Below the pieces are notes generated by a model that saw only the letters and a program-made list of their open reading frames with translations, did not search any database and was not told the origin of the DNA. This document shows, piece by piece, positions 7,473-14,493 of a DNA stretch of 25,420 nucleotides. The DNA comes from Candidatus Woesearchaeota archaeon. GTDB lineage: Archaea; Nanobdellota; Nanobdellia; Pacearchaeales; GW2011-AR1. Position 1 is the first letter of the stretch, and the number at the start of each line of letters is the position of its first letter. The DNA lies in the NCBI GenBank assembly GCA_964519005.1, contig CAZFLO010000001.1:1-25420 (forward strand). Reading direction: 5' to 3'. The translations under genes and the position numbers were made by a program.

Positions 7473-8420
7473 TTAAAAAAGGAAACCCAGGGAAAGAGAA
7501 ACTGATTGGTTTTTTGGATTGAAATCCCAGGGATCTTCTTTATCTTTTAATGCTGTTAATCCCGAAGATAAACGAAAATCAAAGAAAATTTTATGGTTAG
7601 AAACTTCCATTTCCAGCCCTGCCCCCGCCAAAAAACAAACATCAAATCTTCCAAAACCTGGATGTAATTCAAAGATCCCCATTTCCGTTGGACGAATGTT
7701 TGATATATGGCCATTTGAAACCTGGTAAGTCACTGTCTTAATTTTTCCAGAGACCAAATACCCTAATGAAACTCCAGAATTTAAGTAACCCCTTAATTTT
7801 TCATTTCCGATCTGAACTTTCAAAAGGGGTGCAAACTCGAGATAGTTTTGATGATAATCCAAGTATAAACTTTCATCACCTTCGTAATGAGATGCGAAAC
7901 CTCTTGTGTTCAACATTGCTTCCATTTGGAAAGCAAGATATTTTCCTAAGATAAGTTCTGACCTTAAACCAAGAGATAATCCCGCCAATCTTTTTTGAAT
8001 CCTATCTGATTGACTAAACATGTTTTCCACACCTCCCCATTTTGAAAAATTGATTCCAATTTTGGGTCCAATGTAAAAGTTCTTGGTTTCTTTTTTTATT
8101 ACTTTCTTTTTTGGATGTGGAGCAACAGACGAGGGAATCTTCCCGGAAGACTGTTGTTCTGAGATGGATGGCTCTTTGGTAGAAAATTTTTCTTTTGCCC
8201 CGTCCTCATATTCTATCCACTCAATTTCCTCTATAGAAATATTTCTCAAAGGGCCCTCGGGATCGTTGAATTTTTTGTACTTTACAAAATCACTTGTTAT
8301 TTCTATAACCTTTACAGTTATTTTATCTCCATTAACTTTACAGATAATCTCTTGTGCAAAAAGCGAAGATGCCGAAATTGAAATTAATAGAACTGATAAA
8401 ATTAAAATTGCTTTTTTCAT
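7473..8420 (-). CDS. outer-membrane beta-barrel-like protein with small N-terminal domain (315 aa)
   Basis: Signal peptide MKKAILILSVLLISISASSLFAQ. The C-terminal ~200 aa show alternating hydrophobic strand pattern and end ...SLGFLF (aromatic C-terminus typical of OM barrels). Confidence 0.7.
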   Translation of the reverse strand: MKKAILILSVLLISISASSLFAQEIICKVNGDKITVKVIEITSDFVKYKKFNDPEGPLRNISIEEIEWIEYEDGAKEKFSTKEPSISEQQSSGKIPSSVAPHPKKKVIKKETKNFYIGPKIGINFSKWGGVENMFSQSDRIQKRLAGLSLGLRSELILGKYLAFQMEAMLNTRGFASHYEGDESLYLDYHQNYLEFAPLLKVQIGNEKLRGYLNSGVSLGYLVSGKIKTVTYQVSNGHISNIRPTEMGIFELHPGFGRFDVCFLAGAGLEMEVSNHKIFFDFRLSSGLTALKDKEDPWDFNPKNQSVSLSLGFLF

Positions 8421-8462
8421 TGTTTAAAAATTTAAAATTAATAATTTGTTTTTTGTTTTAAA

Positions 8463-8503
8463 GAAAAAAACCCTTCGCATCCGCAAAGAGGAAAAGGGTT
8501 TCT
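8463..8503 (-). terminator. family-A hairpin (copy 7, weak-stem variant)
   Basis: A7 CCCTT cgcatccgcaaagaggaa AAGGG TTTCTT, followed by the AATTGTTTGATCGATT extension. Downstream of 8538..8876. Confidence 0.45.
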
Positions 8504-8537
8504 TGAAATTGTTTGATCGATTTTTTTTAGAAACCTT

Positions 8538-8876
8538 TTATTCCTTCGAGAAGAAATTTATGTGGTCAAGGATTTCTTGGTCCAAAGGCCCTAAAGAAAC
8601 CAAATCCATTTTGATTAATTTGTTTGTATTTAACTCCCGAGCATATTCAGATACTTTCCCTTTTGAGATACAAACCATTCCAGAGATTATAATCTGGGGT
8701 ATGGAAGCTCCTTCCTGGTAAATTTTGAATTCTTTTTGAATTCCTTCTCCGGAAAAAAACTTTGAGTTGTCTGGGGCAATTTGGATTAAAACTGGCGAAT
8801 TGTTAGTTGATGGATAAATATTTCTAAGTATCTCCACTAACTTCTTTCTTACTTCTTTACTATACTGTGGTTTCAT
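8538..8876 (-). CDS. hypothetical protein (112 aa)
   Basis: Started at ATG 8874-8876 (MKPQYSKEV...). This ATG sits in the same 41-nt leader found in front of 9240..10316, and the choice removes the overlap with 8881..9222. Confidence 0.5.
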   Translation of the reverse strand: MKPQYSKEVRKKLVEILRNIYPSTNNSPVLIQIAPDNSKFFSGEGIQKEFKIYQEGASIPQIIISGMVCISKGKVSEYARELNTNKLIKMDLVSLGPLDQEILDHINFFSKE

Positions 8877-8911
8877 CTTGTTATTTTTTAATGAAGTTGT
8901 TAATTTGTTTT
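8871..8911 (-). repeat. 41-nt exact repeat spanning a start codon (copy 1)
   Basis: TTTCATCTTGTTATTTTTTAATGAAGTTGTTAATTTGTTTT is identical at 10311-10351. Includes the ATG AAA of 8538..8876. Here it also encodes the C-terminus of 8881..9222. Confidence 0.85.
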
Positions 8912-9222
8912 TTAAAAATTCCGCTATCCTTGTATTTTTCAGCAACAAGCTCTGAATAAGGATACGCTATGGTCACATCAACCATTTTTTCTTTTTTGGA
9001 AAAAATATTTGAATGGCCTGTATGTGTTTGATAACATATTAAAAAATTCCACAAGAGGAGCATTGGAACATTCTCTCTCCGGTATTTCATGTAGATTTTT
9101 TCAATTTTTCCTAATTTTTCTTTATCGAAATTTTTGAATTCTTCTTTTTTGGTTTCAGAATCTTTCAAAATCGAAATTATCTCATCATAGAGTTCTGTTC
9201 CTAATTCTTGTTTGAGGTTCAT
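8881..9222 (-). CDS. hypothetical protein (113 aa)
   Basis: ATG 9220-9222. Its last ~10 codons are encoded by the 41-nt repeat 8871-8911, which is non-coding at its other copy. Confidence 0.5.
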   Translation of the reverse strand: MNLKQELGTELYDEIISILKDSETKKEEFKNFDKEKLGKIEKIYMKYRRENVPMLLLWNFLICYQTHTGHSNIFSKKEKMVDVTIAYPYSELVAEKYKDSGIFKKQINNFIKK

Positions 9223-9239
9223 AATTTTTTGTTAATTTG

Positions 9240-10316
9240 TTAATTTGTTTTTTGTAATTCTTCTCTGATTTTTTTCAGATATTCAATTGCTTTTTCTTTG
9301 GTCCAGGCATGAACTCCATATTCCCAACTAGTTGTTTGTTCTTCTTTGAATAATTGGTTTAAATCAACTTTCCAATTGGACCATTCGATTTCCATTACTC
9401 TTTTTCTCCAACCAATCCTTATTGGCTTTTCTAATTCTGTATGGAAATCAAACCAAGGTCCCCGGTAAGTGTATGAACCATATTCATTGTCTCTCCTTAC
9501 TGTGGCAATAATCTCTGGAATAAATCCTGCTGCCTTGAAAATATCCAAAAACTCCAAAGAAGTTTCGAGATTTAGTTTCATCTGATAACAAGATTTATGG
9601 TAATATTTGTAAATGTTGAAAAAGGCTTCATCTCCCGCTCTAACTAAATAATTATCCGAGAGATCATTTAATTTTAACCAACCATGCTCATTCTCGACCA
9701 TTTGATTTTCTGGATATTTTAAGTTCCATTCTTCCTGGCCTGAACGGGAAGTTAAATCAATATAGTCATCATTTCTTATTGCTGAGTCTGGTTGATTCAT
9801 TAACCAAATTGCATCGTCCTGGGAGTTAAAGAACTCAATAGCAACTGCCAATTTTTGTCCTTTGAATTTCTCCAATGAAACAACTTTTGAATCGGAATGT
9901 GAAATCACATCATAGATTGTTTCTAAATCCCAACTTTCTTTGCATTCTATGCAACATGCTCCAATTGGAGGAATTGGAGGAGAAAATCCAAATCCCATTC
10001 CGGAAATTTCATTGTTTTGGGAATTCTTTTTTATGTATTCCCAGAAAGCTTCACTTGTTAATACATCGGGTATGTTTGGAAAATTGCCTTTCGAATTAAT
10101 GAGGGCTCTTGCTATATTCCCACAAGAATCTAAATAAAAATTTCCAAGAACATAAAACTCAGTTAATCTTTCTTCCCTTTCATAACCAGCCACATGTCTT
10201 TCATGAATTAGTTTAAGAAAAGATTCATAAGATTCCAAGGATTTTTTAATTCCTTCTACCATATTGTAAAAAGCGTGAACGTTGCTTTCTTCAGGTTTGC
10301 CTATTTTTAATTTCAT
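9240..10316 (-). CDS. hypothetical protein (358 aa)
   Basis: ATG 10314-10316. Long uninterrupted ORF, Trp/Tyr-rich globular composition, no signal peptide. Family not recognised. Confidence 0.7.
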   Translation of the reverse strand: MKLKIGKPEESNVHAFYNMVEGIKKSLESYESFLKLIHERHVAGYEREERLTEFYVLGNFYLDSCGNIARALINSKGNFPNIPDVLTSEAFWEYIKKNSQNNEISGMGFGFSPPIPPIGACCIECKESWDLETIYDVISHSDSKVVSLEKFKGQKLAVAIEFFNSQDDAIWLMNQPDSAIRNDDYIDLTSRSGQEEWNLKYPENQMVENEHGWLKLNDLSDNYLVRAGDEAFFNIYKYYHKSCYQMKLNLETSLEFLDIFKAAGFIPEIIATVRRDNEYGSYTYRGPWFDFHTELEKPIRIGWRKRVMEIEWSNWKVDLNQLFKEEQTTSWEYGVHAWTKEKAIEYLKKIREELQKTN

Positions 10317-10351
10317 CTTGTTATTTTTTAATGAAGTTGTTAATTTGTTTT
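10311..10351 (-). repeat. 41-nt exact repeat spanning a start codon (copy 2)
   Basis: Identical to 8871-8911. Includes the ATG AAA of 9240..10316. The remainder is non-coding here. Confidence 0.85.
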
Positions 10352-10363
10352 ATAAAAATATCC

Positions 10364-10651
10364 TCAGAAAGTGAATAGTCTGGGGTAGTCTGCTACAAGA
10401 TACATCGCTGTTGCGGCACCAATCATCCCTGAAAGGAAAATTATGAGAGATTCGTGGATGTTGTATCCCTTATAAAATTGAATCACTCCCACTATTATTG
10501 CTGTGACTAATCCGATGAATAATGCGAAAGCGCTCGTACCCATTTCAATTCCGGGGCCCACAACCAATCCAAATAAAATCCCAGTGGCTGCAGAGAAAAC
10601 CAAATTGAAAAATGACATGAAAGCTGTCTTGAAGTTTTTTGGTATTTGCAT
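10364..10651 (-). CDS. small membrane protein (95 aa, about three TM helices)
   Basis: ATG 10649-10651. Gly/Ala/Ile-rich hydrophobic segments throughout. Confidence 0.6.
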   Translation of the reverse strand: MQIPKNFKTAFMSFFNLVFSAATGILFGLVVGPGIEMGTSAFALFIGLVTAIIVGVIQFYKGYNIHESLIIFLSGMIGAATAMYLVADYPRLFTF

Positions 10652-10687
10652 CTTTTTAAATTAATAATTTGTTTTTTGTTTGAAAGG

Positions 10688-10731
10688 AAAAAACCCTCCG
10701 CAACCACAAAAAAAGAAGCGGGGGTTTTTTT
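10688..10731 (-). terminator. family-A hairpin (copy 8)
   Basis: A6 CCCTCCGC aaccacaaaaaaagaa GCGGGGG T7. Begins 6 nt after the stop of 10737..11186 (coding sense). Confidence 0.6.
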
Positions 10732-10736
10732 AATTG

Positions 10737-11186
10737 TTAATCGATTGTGTTTGGAACATCTTGATTATCGGAGAGTTGTAAGAACCTATATTTTCCACAA
10801 TATTTCCAAGAAAAAACTTTGTTTCCCTGGGGAAGTTTCAGAACGAGATATGTGCGTTTTCTAATTTTAGTTTCACCCAAGACTTGAGCCATAAACTCTA
10901 CTGGATCGGCTGCAAGAAAACGATGAATTTCTCCTGATTTGATTTGATCTTCTCTCAATCCTCCGGCGCATTTTCCCGGAATGAATTTGATTGATTTTGA
11001 AAAGGGAGTTTTTGATCCAAGAAGAAAAAGAGGCTCCTGTGCTGAAATAATTTCTTCTTTATCCAGATGAACCATTTTATCCAAAAAGTCTTTCTTTGTC
11101 TTACAGGATTGAAGAATCAAATCCCATATTTCTACTTCAGAAATTTCATTTAGAAGTTTTTGAAAATTTAATTGTTCTAATTTCAT
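10737..11186 (-). CDS. hypothetical protein (149 aa)
   Basis: ATG 11184-11186. Stop codon lies inside the conserved AATTGTTAATCGATT extension of module 10668-10747. Confidence 0.6.
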   Translation of the reverse strand: MKLEQLNFQKLLNEISEVEIWDLILQSCKTKKDFLDKMVHLDKEEIISAQEPLFLLGSKTPFSKSIKFIPGKCAGGLREDQIKSGEIHRFLAADPVEFMAQVLGETKIRKRTYLVLKLPQGNKVFSWKYCGKYRFLQLSDNQDVPNTID

Positions 11187-11216
11187 TTTACAATAGAATT
11201 TTAAATTTGGAAATTA

Positions 11217-11924
11217 TTAAATTGTTTTTTCGGGAATTATTACCTTCAGTTTTTGTCTCCTCTCTTGAGATTGTTCTCTTGTCAACCGAAGTTTTCCATC
11301 GTTGTTGATTATGATGGAATCATTTTTTAATACACCCAGAAGGGCTCCATCGGAATCGAGTTCATAAAGGTTTAAATGTTTGCAAGATTCCACGAAAAAT
11401 TCATAATTTAGAACCTGTGTATATCCATACTTTTCTTTTGCCCTCGCACTGAGCTCATATTTTTTTATTAATGGATAAATTTCTTCTCGGGTCAAATGAG
11501 ATTTTAACTTTTCAATTTTGAACTCCAAAAGAGTTGTGAATTTTAATTCTTGTTCATTCACAATTTTTCCTCCAGGAAAATAAAGTTTTCCGTGATAATT
11601 TATCACATATATTTCTTTTGCGTTTATTCCTTGGAGCTTTTTCATATTTTTCTCAATTTCAATTGTCTGGCCTGGATTTAATTTTACCAAAGACATAGTT
11701 TTATTGAGAACTGGATTGGACACTGCAGCTATATATTCTTCCAAGAATTTTGAGCTATCGGGAGAATAGGATTTAATAGCCTGACTGAAATCTTTCTGGG
11801 AAGTTACTTGGGCAATTGAGTCGTTCACAACTTTTTTCTGCTCTACTCTTTTCTCTTTTTGTCCACAATTTGAAAGTGTGAAAATCAAAAAGAGAGATAC
11901 TAATAATAAAATGATTTTTTTCAT
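11217..11924 (-). CDS. putative lipoprotein (235 aa)
   Basis: ATG 11922-11924. MKKIILLLVSLFLIFTLSNCGQKEK lipobox. Confidence 0.7.
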   Translation of the reverse strand: MKKIILLLVSLFLIFTLSNCGQKEKRVEQKKVVNDSIAQVTSQKDFSQAIKSYSPDSSKFLEEYIAAVSNPVLNKTMSLVKLNPGQTIEIEKNMKKLQGINAKEIYVINYHGKLYFPGGKIVNEQELKFTTLLEFKIEKLKSHLTREEIYPLIKKYELSARAKEKYGYTQVLNYEFFVESCKHLNLYELDSDGALLGVLKNDSIIINNDGKLRLTREQSQERRQKLKVIIPEKTI

Positions 11925-11989
11925 TGTGTTGAATTTTTAAATTTTAATTTGAAAATAAATTGTTAATTTGTTTTTTGTTTGAAATAAAA

Positions 11990-12032
11990 GAAAAAACCCT
12001 CTTCGACTGTTAAGAAGAAGGATGGGTTTTTT
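11990..12032 (-). terminator. family-A hairpin (copy 9, divergent stem)
   Basis: A6 CCCTCTTC gactgttaa GAAGaaggatGGG T6. Imperfect stem. Downstream of 12043..12825. Confidence 0.45.
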
Positions 12033-12042
12033 CTAAATTGGG

Positions 12043-12825
12043 TTAGTTAGTTTCTACGCTGAAATCCACATGGGAAAAGGGATTTTCCTGGCGCATTAAC
12101 TCTTCAGCAATCAATTTGAAATTTACTCCACGATTATAATCTCCTTCGGGGGTTGTTGGGATTGGATTTGCCAAGGAGAATTTTCCAAGATACCAAATCT
12201 TACGACCTTTGAATGATTTGAGGCTTCGGCTCAAATAATTTGCGATATAAGTGGCATTGGGATCAAACCAGGAAATTTTGATTGCTTCTGCCTTAATTCC
12301 TTCTGCTGCTTTCCGGAGTTTATCCAAATCTATGTTATTTGACAAATATTTGCCAATGGCTTGCAAAGCTGAAACAACTTTTTCTTCATCTTTTTCTTTG
12401 ATGCCACCTTCCATTAATTGCAATGCCATTTCAACTTCTTCCACAATCTTGTCTGCTTTTCTACGAGCATCATTAACCTGGATGGCCAATTTTTCTGTAA
12501 CCGAATCAAGCTTCTGGCCGAAACCTTGCGCGAAAGAAGAAATGTTTGCTGGCAAGCCTTCAAACTTTTCGGAAAAATTGACGTTCTCTTTGACAGCAAT
12601 ATTTGCAGTTATCTTTAACGAAAGGCCAAGGGCAATCAATCGGGCCAGCCGGGTTGTCAAGGCGTAATTTAAATTGGAATTGCTCGAATAGTAGCCGGCT
12701 ACAATTTCCTCGGGAAGTTTCAAATTGTTGTAATTTTGCAGGGCAATGTTTGCTTTAATTATTGTGGCAATTAAATTTTCAACATTTTCTGCGGGAACAC
12801 GATAAAAAACATTTGTCTTTTTCAT
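12043..12825 (-). CDS. hypothetical helical protein (260 aa)
   Basis: ATG 12823-12825. Ala/Leu/Lys/Glu-rich helical composition. Visibly GC-richer than its neighbours, which also produces long antisense ORFs. Monocistronic, followed by hairpin 11990-12032. Confidence 0.7.
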   Translation of the reverse strand: MKKTNVFYRVPAENVENLIATIIKANIALQNYNNLKLPEEIVAGYYSSNSNLNYALTTRLARLIALGLSLKITANIAVKENVNFSEKFEGLPANISSFAQGFGQKLDSVTEKLAIQVNDARRKADKIVEEVEMALQLMEGGIKEKDEEKVVSALQAIGKYLSNNIDLDKLRKAAEGIKAEAIKISWFDPNATYIANYLSRSLKSFKGRKIWYLGKFSLANPIPTTPEGDYNRGVNFKLIAEELMRQENPFSHVDFSVETN

Positions 12826-12992
12826 AATAGATAAAATTTAATTTGAAAATAATTTAATTTGAAAATAAAATGTTTCTTTTGACTCTTTAACTGGAGTGTT
12901 CCTACGGAGAACTCAAACCTCGTTTGAATTATTCCTATTTCGTTTTAATTATTTTTTACTAACTATCTTTAAATTTGTTATTTTAATTAATA

Positions 12993-13051
12993 AAAAAGAA
13001 ACCCCGGTTTGTTTAATCCTCTCTACCGGAAAAAGAGATCTTGGTATTACG
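12993..13051 (-). terminator. family-B stop-plus-terminator module (copy 1)
   Basis: Coding sense: TAATACCaaGATCTCTTTTTCCGGTAGAGAGgaTTAAACAAACCGG ggTTTCTTTTTT. A CCGGT/ACCGG stem followed by a T tract. Near-identical to 23579-23643. Confidence 0.45.
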
Positions 13052-13115
13052 ATTTTTTTGAATGGTCAACAATCGTTTGATGGTTATTTGCTTCGGCTAA
13101 CTTGAGGGCAACCAC

Positions 13116-13394
13116 TTAATTCTTTTTTAATTCCATAAAAGCGGTCGAAAGGTTCTTGGGCCAATTACTTCCAGGAGCAAATTCTAAAAGGGCCTTTACC
13201 AATTTCAAATTGCCGGATCGTGTTGCCTTTTGGAAAATATTTGAAATCTTTTTTTCTGGATAAGTTGTAATAGAAAGCAAATATTCTACAACCGTTTTGT
13301 GGTTGTTTTCTATGGCCAGAATAAGGGCAAGATCACGATTTTTCTTCAATCTAAGATAATATATTGAAGAAGTTTCAGGACTTAGTTTTTGCAT
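13116..13394 (-). CDS. ankyrin-repeat-like protein (92 aa from ATG; 98 aa if TTG 13410-13412 is used)
   Basis: Two ANK-like units: DLALILAIENNHKTVVEYLL and ATRSGNLKLVKALLEFAP. Start is ambiguous between ATG and TTG. Confidence 0.5.
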   Translation of the reverse strand: MQKLSPETSSIYYLRLKKNRDLALILAIENNHKTVVEYLLSITTYPEKKISNIFQKATRSGNLKLVKALLEFAPGSNWPKNLSTAFMELKKN

Positions 13395-13413
13395 GATTTT
13401 CAGTAATTTCAAA

Positions 13414-13878
13414 TTACCATTTTGCGCGGCCCAATTGAAAATATTGAAAATTACTCGGGGGGGAAGATAACTTCAAACCATATTCTGCAAAATATCCTTT
13501 TCCAACTCTTTTCAAATCGGGTGTTTTGAAAGGAGGCAAATCTTTTGCTTTAAAATCTTCTGCCTCTAACTTCCTTACTCCACTTCCAACTTCCACTTCT
13601 TTTCCTTTTTCATTGAATTCGAATTCTAACGCTTTTGGTTTGAATGAAGCGGCAGGCTTTCCTTCTATGTGTCTGATTTCTCCCGAACAAAGATAAAACC
13701 CTTTTTCGGAGAATCTAAAACGATGGTCCTTATGGGGGAAAACAACAACTCCTCCTTTTGAATTGGTGAGCCTTATTGCGCCGGACCTTGTGTTTATTCT
13801 GAATAATGGACTTCCCGCTTTATATTCAAAAAATACTTCTTCTACTTTCGTTGTTGTTACAACTTCTTTTTGTGTCAT
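13414..13878 (-). CDS. hypothetical protein (154 aa)
   Basis: Started at ATG 13876-13878 (MTQKEV...); the track start at 13905 is a TTG. Beta-rich, Lys/Gly-rich, no domain recognised. Confidence 0.6.
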   Translation of the reverse strand: MTQKEVVTTTKVEEVFFEYKAGSPLFRINTRSGAIRLTNSKGGVVVFPHKDHRFRFSEKGFYLCSGEIRHIEGKPAASFKPKALEFEFNEKGKEVEVGSGVRKLEAEDFKAKDLPPFKTPDLKRVGKGYFAEYGLKLSSPPSNFQYFQLGRAKW

Positions 13879-13883
13879 GATGA

Positions 13884-13898
13884 TTTGTTTTTTGTTTG
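13884..13898 (-). promoter_or_regulatory. T/G box without hairpin
   Basis: TTTGTTTTTTGTTTG, 5 nt upstream of ATG 13878. Confidence 0.35.
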
Positions 13899-13923
13899 TA
13901 TTCAATTAATTAGATTTTCCAAT

Positions 13924-14000
13924 TAATTAGACTTCGCACCTCAAGAGTCGAGTCTACCAACTTATCTGAAAGTGATACAATTAAATGTTTGATTTGTTTT
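13924..14000 (-). repeat. 77-nt intergenic repeat, copy 1 (family C)
   Basis: TAATTAGACTTCGCACCTCAAGAGTCGAGTCTACCAACTTATCTGAAAGTGATACAATTAAATGTTTGATTTGTTTT. Matches 14494-14570 with 2 mismatches (offset 570). Contains the inverted repeat TAGACT..CG / CG.AGTCTA. Confidence 0.85.
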
Positions 14001-14006
14001 GGAAGT

Positions 14007-14453
14007 TCAATCTTTTCTTGGGACAAAAATAAATATTATTTCTAACAAAAGTCCTATCATAAAAATTGTGAGAAGCCCTATTGATGAAAACAGGGGAATA
14101 TTCTGCCATTCTTCTTCGATAAAAGAAATTCCAAAATACAAGAATAATAAATCTAATAGAATTATCAAAAGCACAATGGTTTTCTGCCTCCAGAAATGAA
14201 AAAAACTCTCAGGAATGTTTCCCCAGGAAATTGCCTTTGAAAAAATGATCAACAAAATTGTTCCTAGAAGGTAGGAGAGTGGCCAAAAAAGCATTGCTGA
14301 TTCAATCCAGGAATCTATATATGAGCCGTGGACATTTAATTGGGCCATTGCGTTCTCAAGAGACTGGAAGTAATTTGCTCCTAAGAAAATTAGTGTAAGG
14401 ATTACCATAAGAGAAATTACTCTTTGGATTGTTTTTGATTTGGAATGTTTCAT
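14007..14453 (-). CDS. membrane protein (148 aa, about four TM helices)
   Basis: Started at ATG 14451-14453 (MKHSKSK...); the track start at 14492 is a TTG. Bracketed by the 77-nt repeats 13924-14000 and 14494-14570. Confidence 0.6.
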   Translation of the reverse strand: MKHSKSKTIQRVISLMVILTLIFLGANYFQSLENAMAQLNVHGSYIDSWIESAMLFWPLSYLLGTILLIIFSKAISWGNIPESFFHFWRQKTIVLLIILLDLLFLYFGISFIEEEWQNIPLFSSIGLLTIFMIGLLLEIIFIFVPRKD

Positions 14454-14493
14454 TTTGTTAATTTTTGTTTTGGGTTTGTAATTAATTCTCAAC

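Noticed and set aside
537-12032. Could the repeated hairpin modules be a CRISPR array?
   Set aside because: Repeat spacing is irregular and gene-sized (about 0.5 to 3.4 kb between hairpin copies). The intervals are protein-coding, the repeat copies differ in their central loops, and no cas genes are present.
537-12032. Classical integron attC sites
   Set aside because: I find no inverted RYYYAAC / GTTRRRY core pair. The conserved flanks (TTGTTTGAA and TTGTTTGAT) are direct rather than inverted. The elements look like A-tract/GC-stem/T-tract terminators, and no intI is in the window. Only the cassette-array analogy is retained.
12251-12667. 138-aa plus-strand ORF (also 12418..12618, 8083..8427, 2864..3154, 3480..3752, 3973..4238, 15798..16076, 16507..16770, 18777..19145, 20767..21024, 24023..24301)
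   Set aside because: All lie fully inside longer minus-strand ORFs that have recognisable protein features. They have no leader motifs of their own, and their composition is consistent with antisense translation.
12896-13105. 69-aa plus-strand ORF occupying the long spacer (GTG start)
   Set aside because: It starts at GTG, is Phe/Leu/Ile-rich low complexity, runs through the family-B hairpin, and is the lone plus-strand candidate. It is more likely chance in AT-rich DNA. The spacer is flagged instead as possible RNA or leader.
13924-14000. tRNA-like fragment in the 77-nt repeat (coding sense ...AGTTGGTAGACTCGACTCTTGAGGTGCGAAGTC...)
   Set aside because: AGTTGGTAGA resembles a D-loop, but no acceptor stem, anticodon arm of correct geometry or T-arm (GTTCRANYC) can be drawn. 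Only one bulged hairpin forms.
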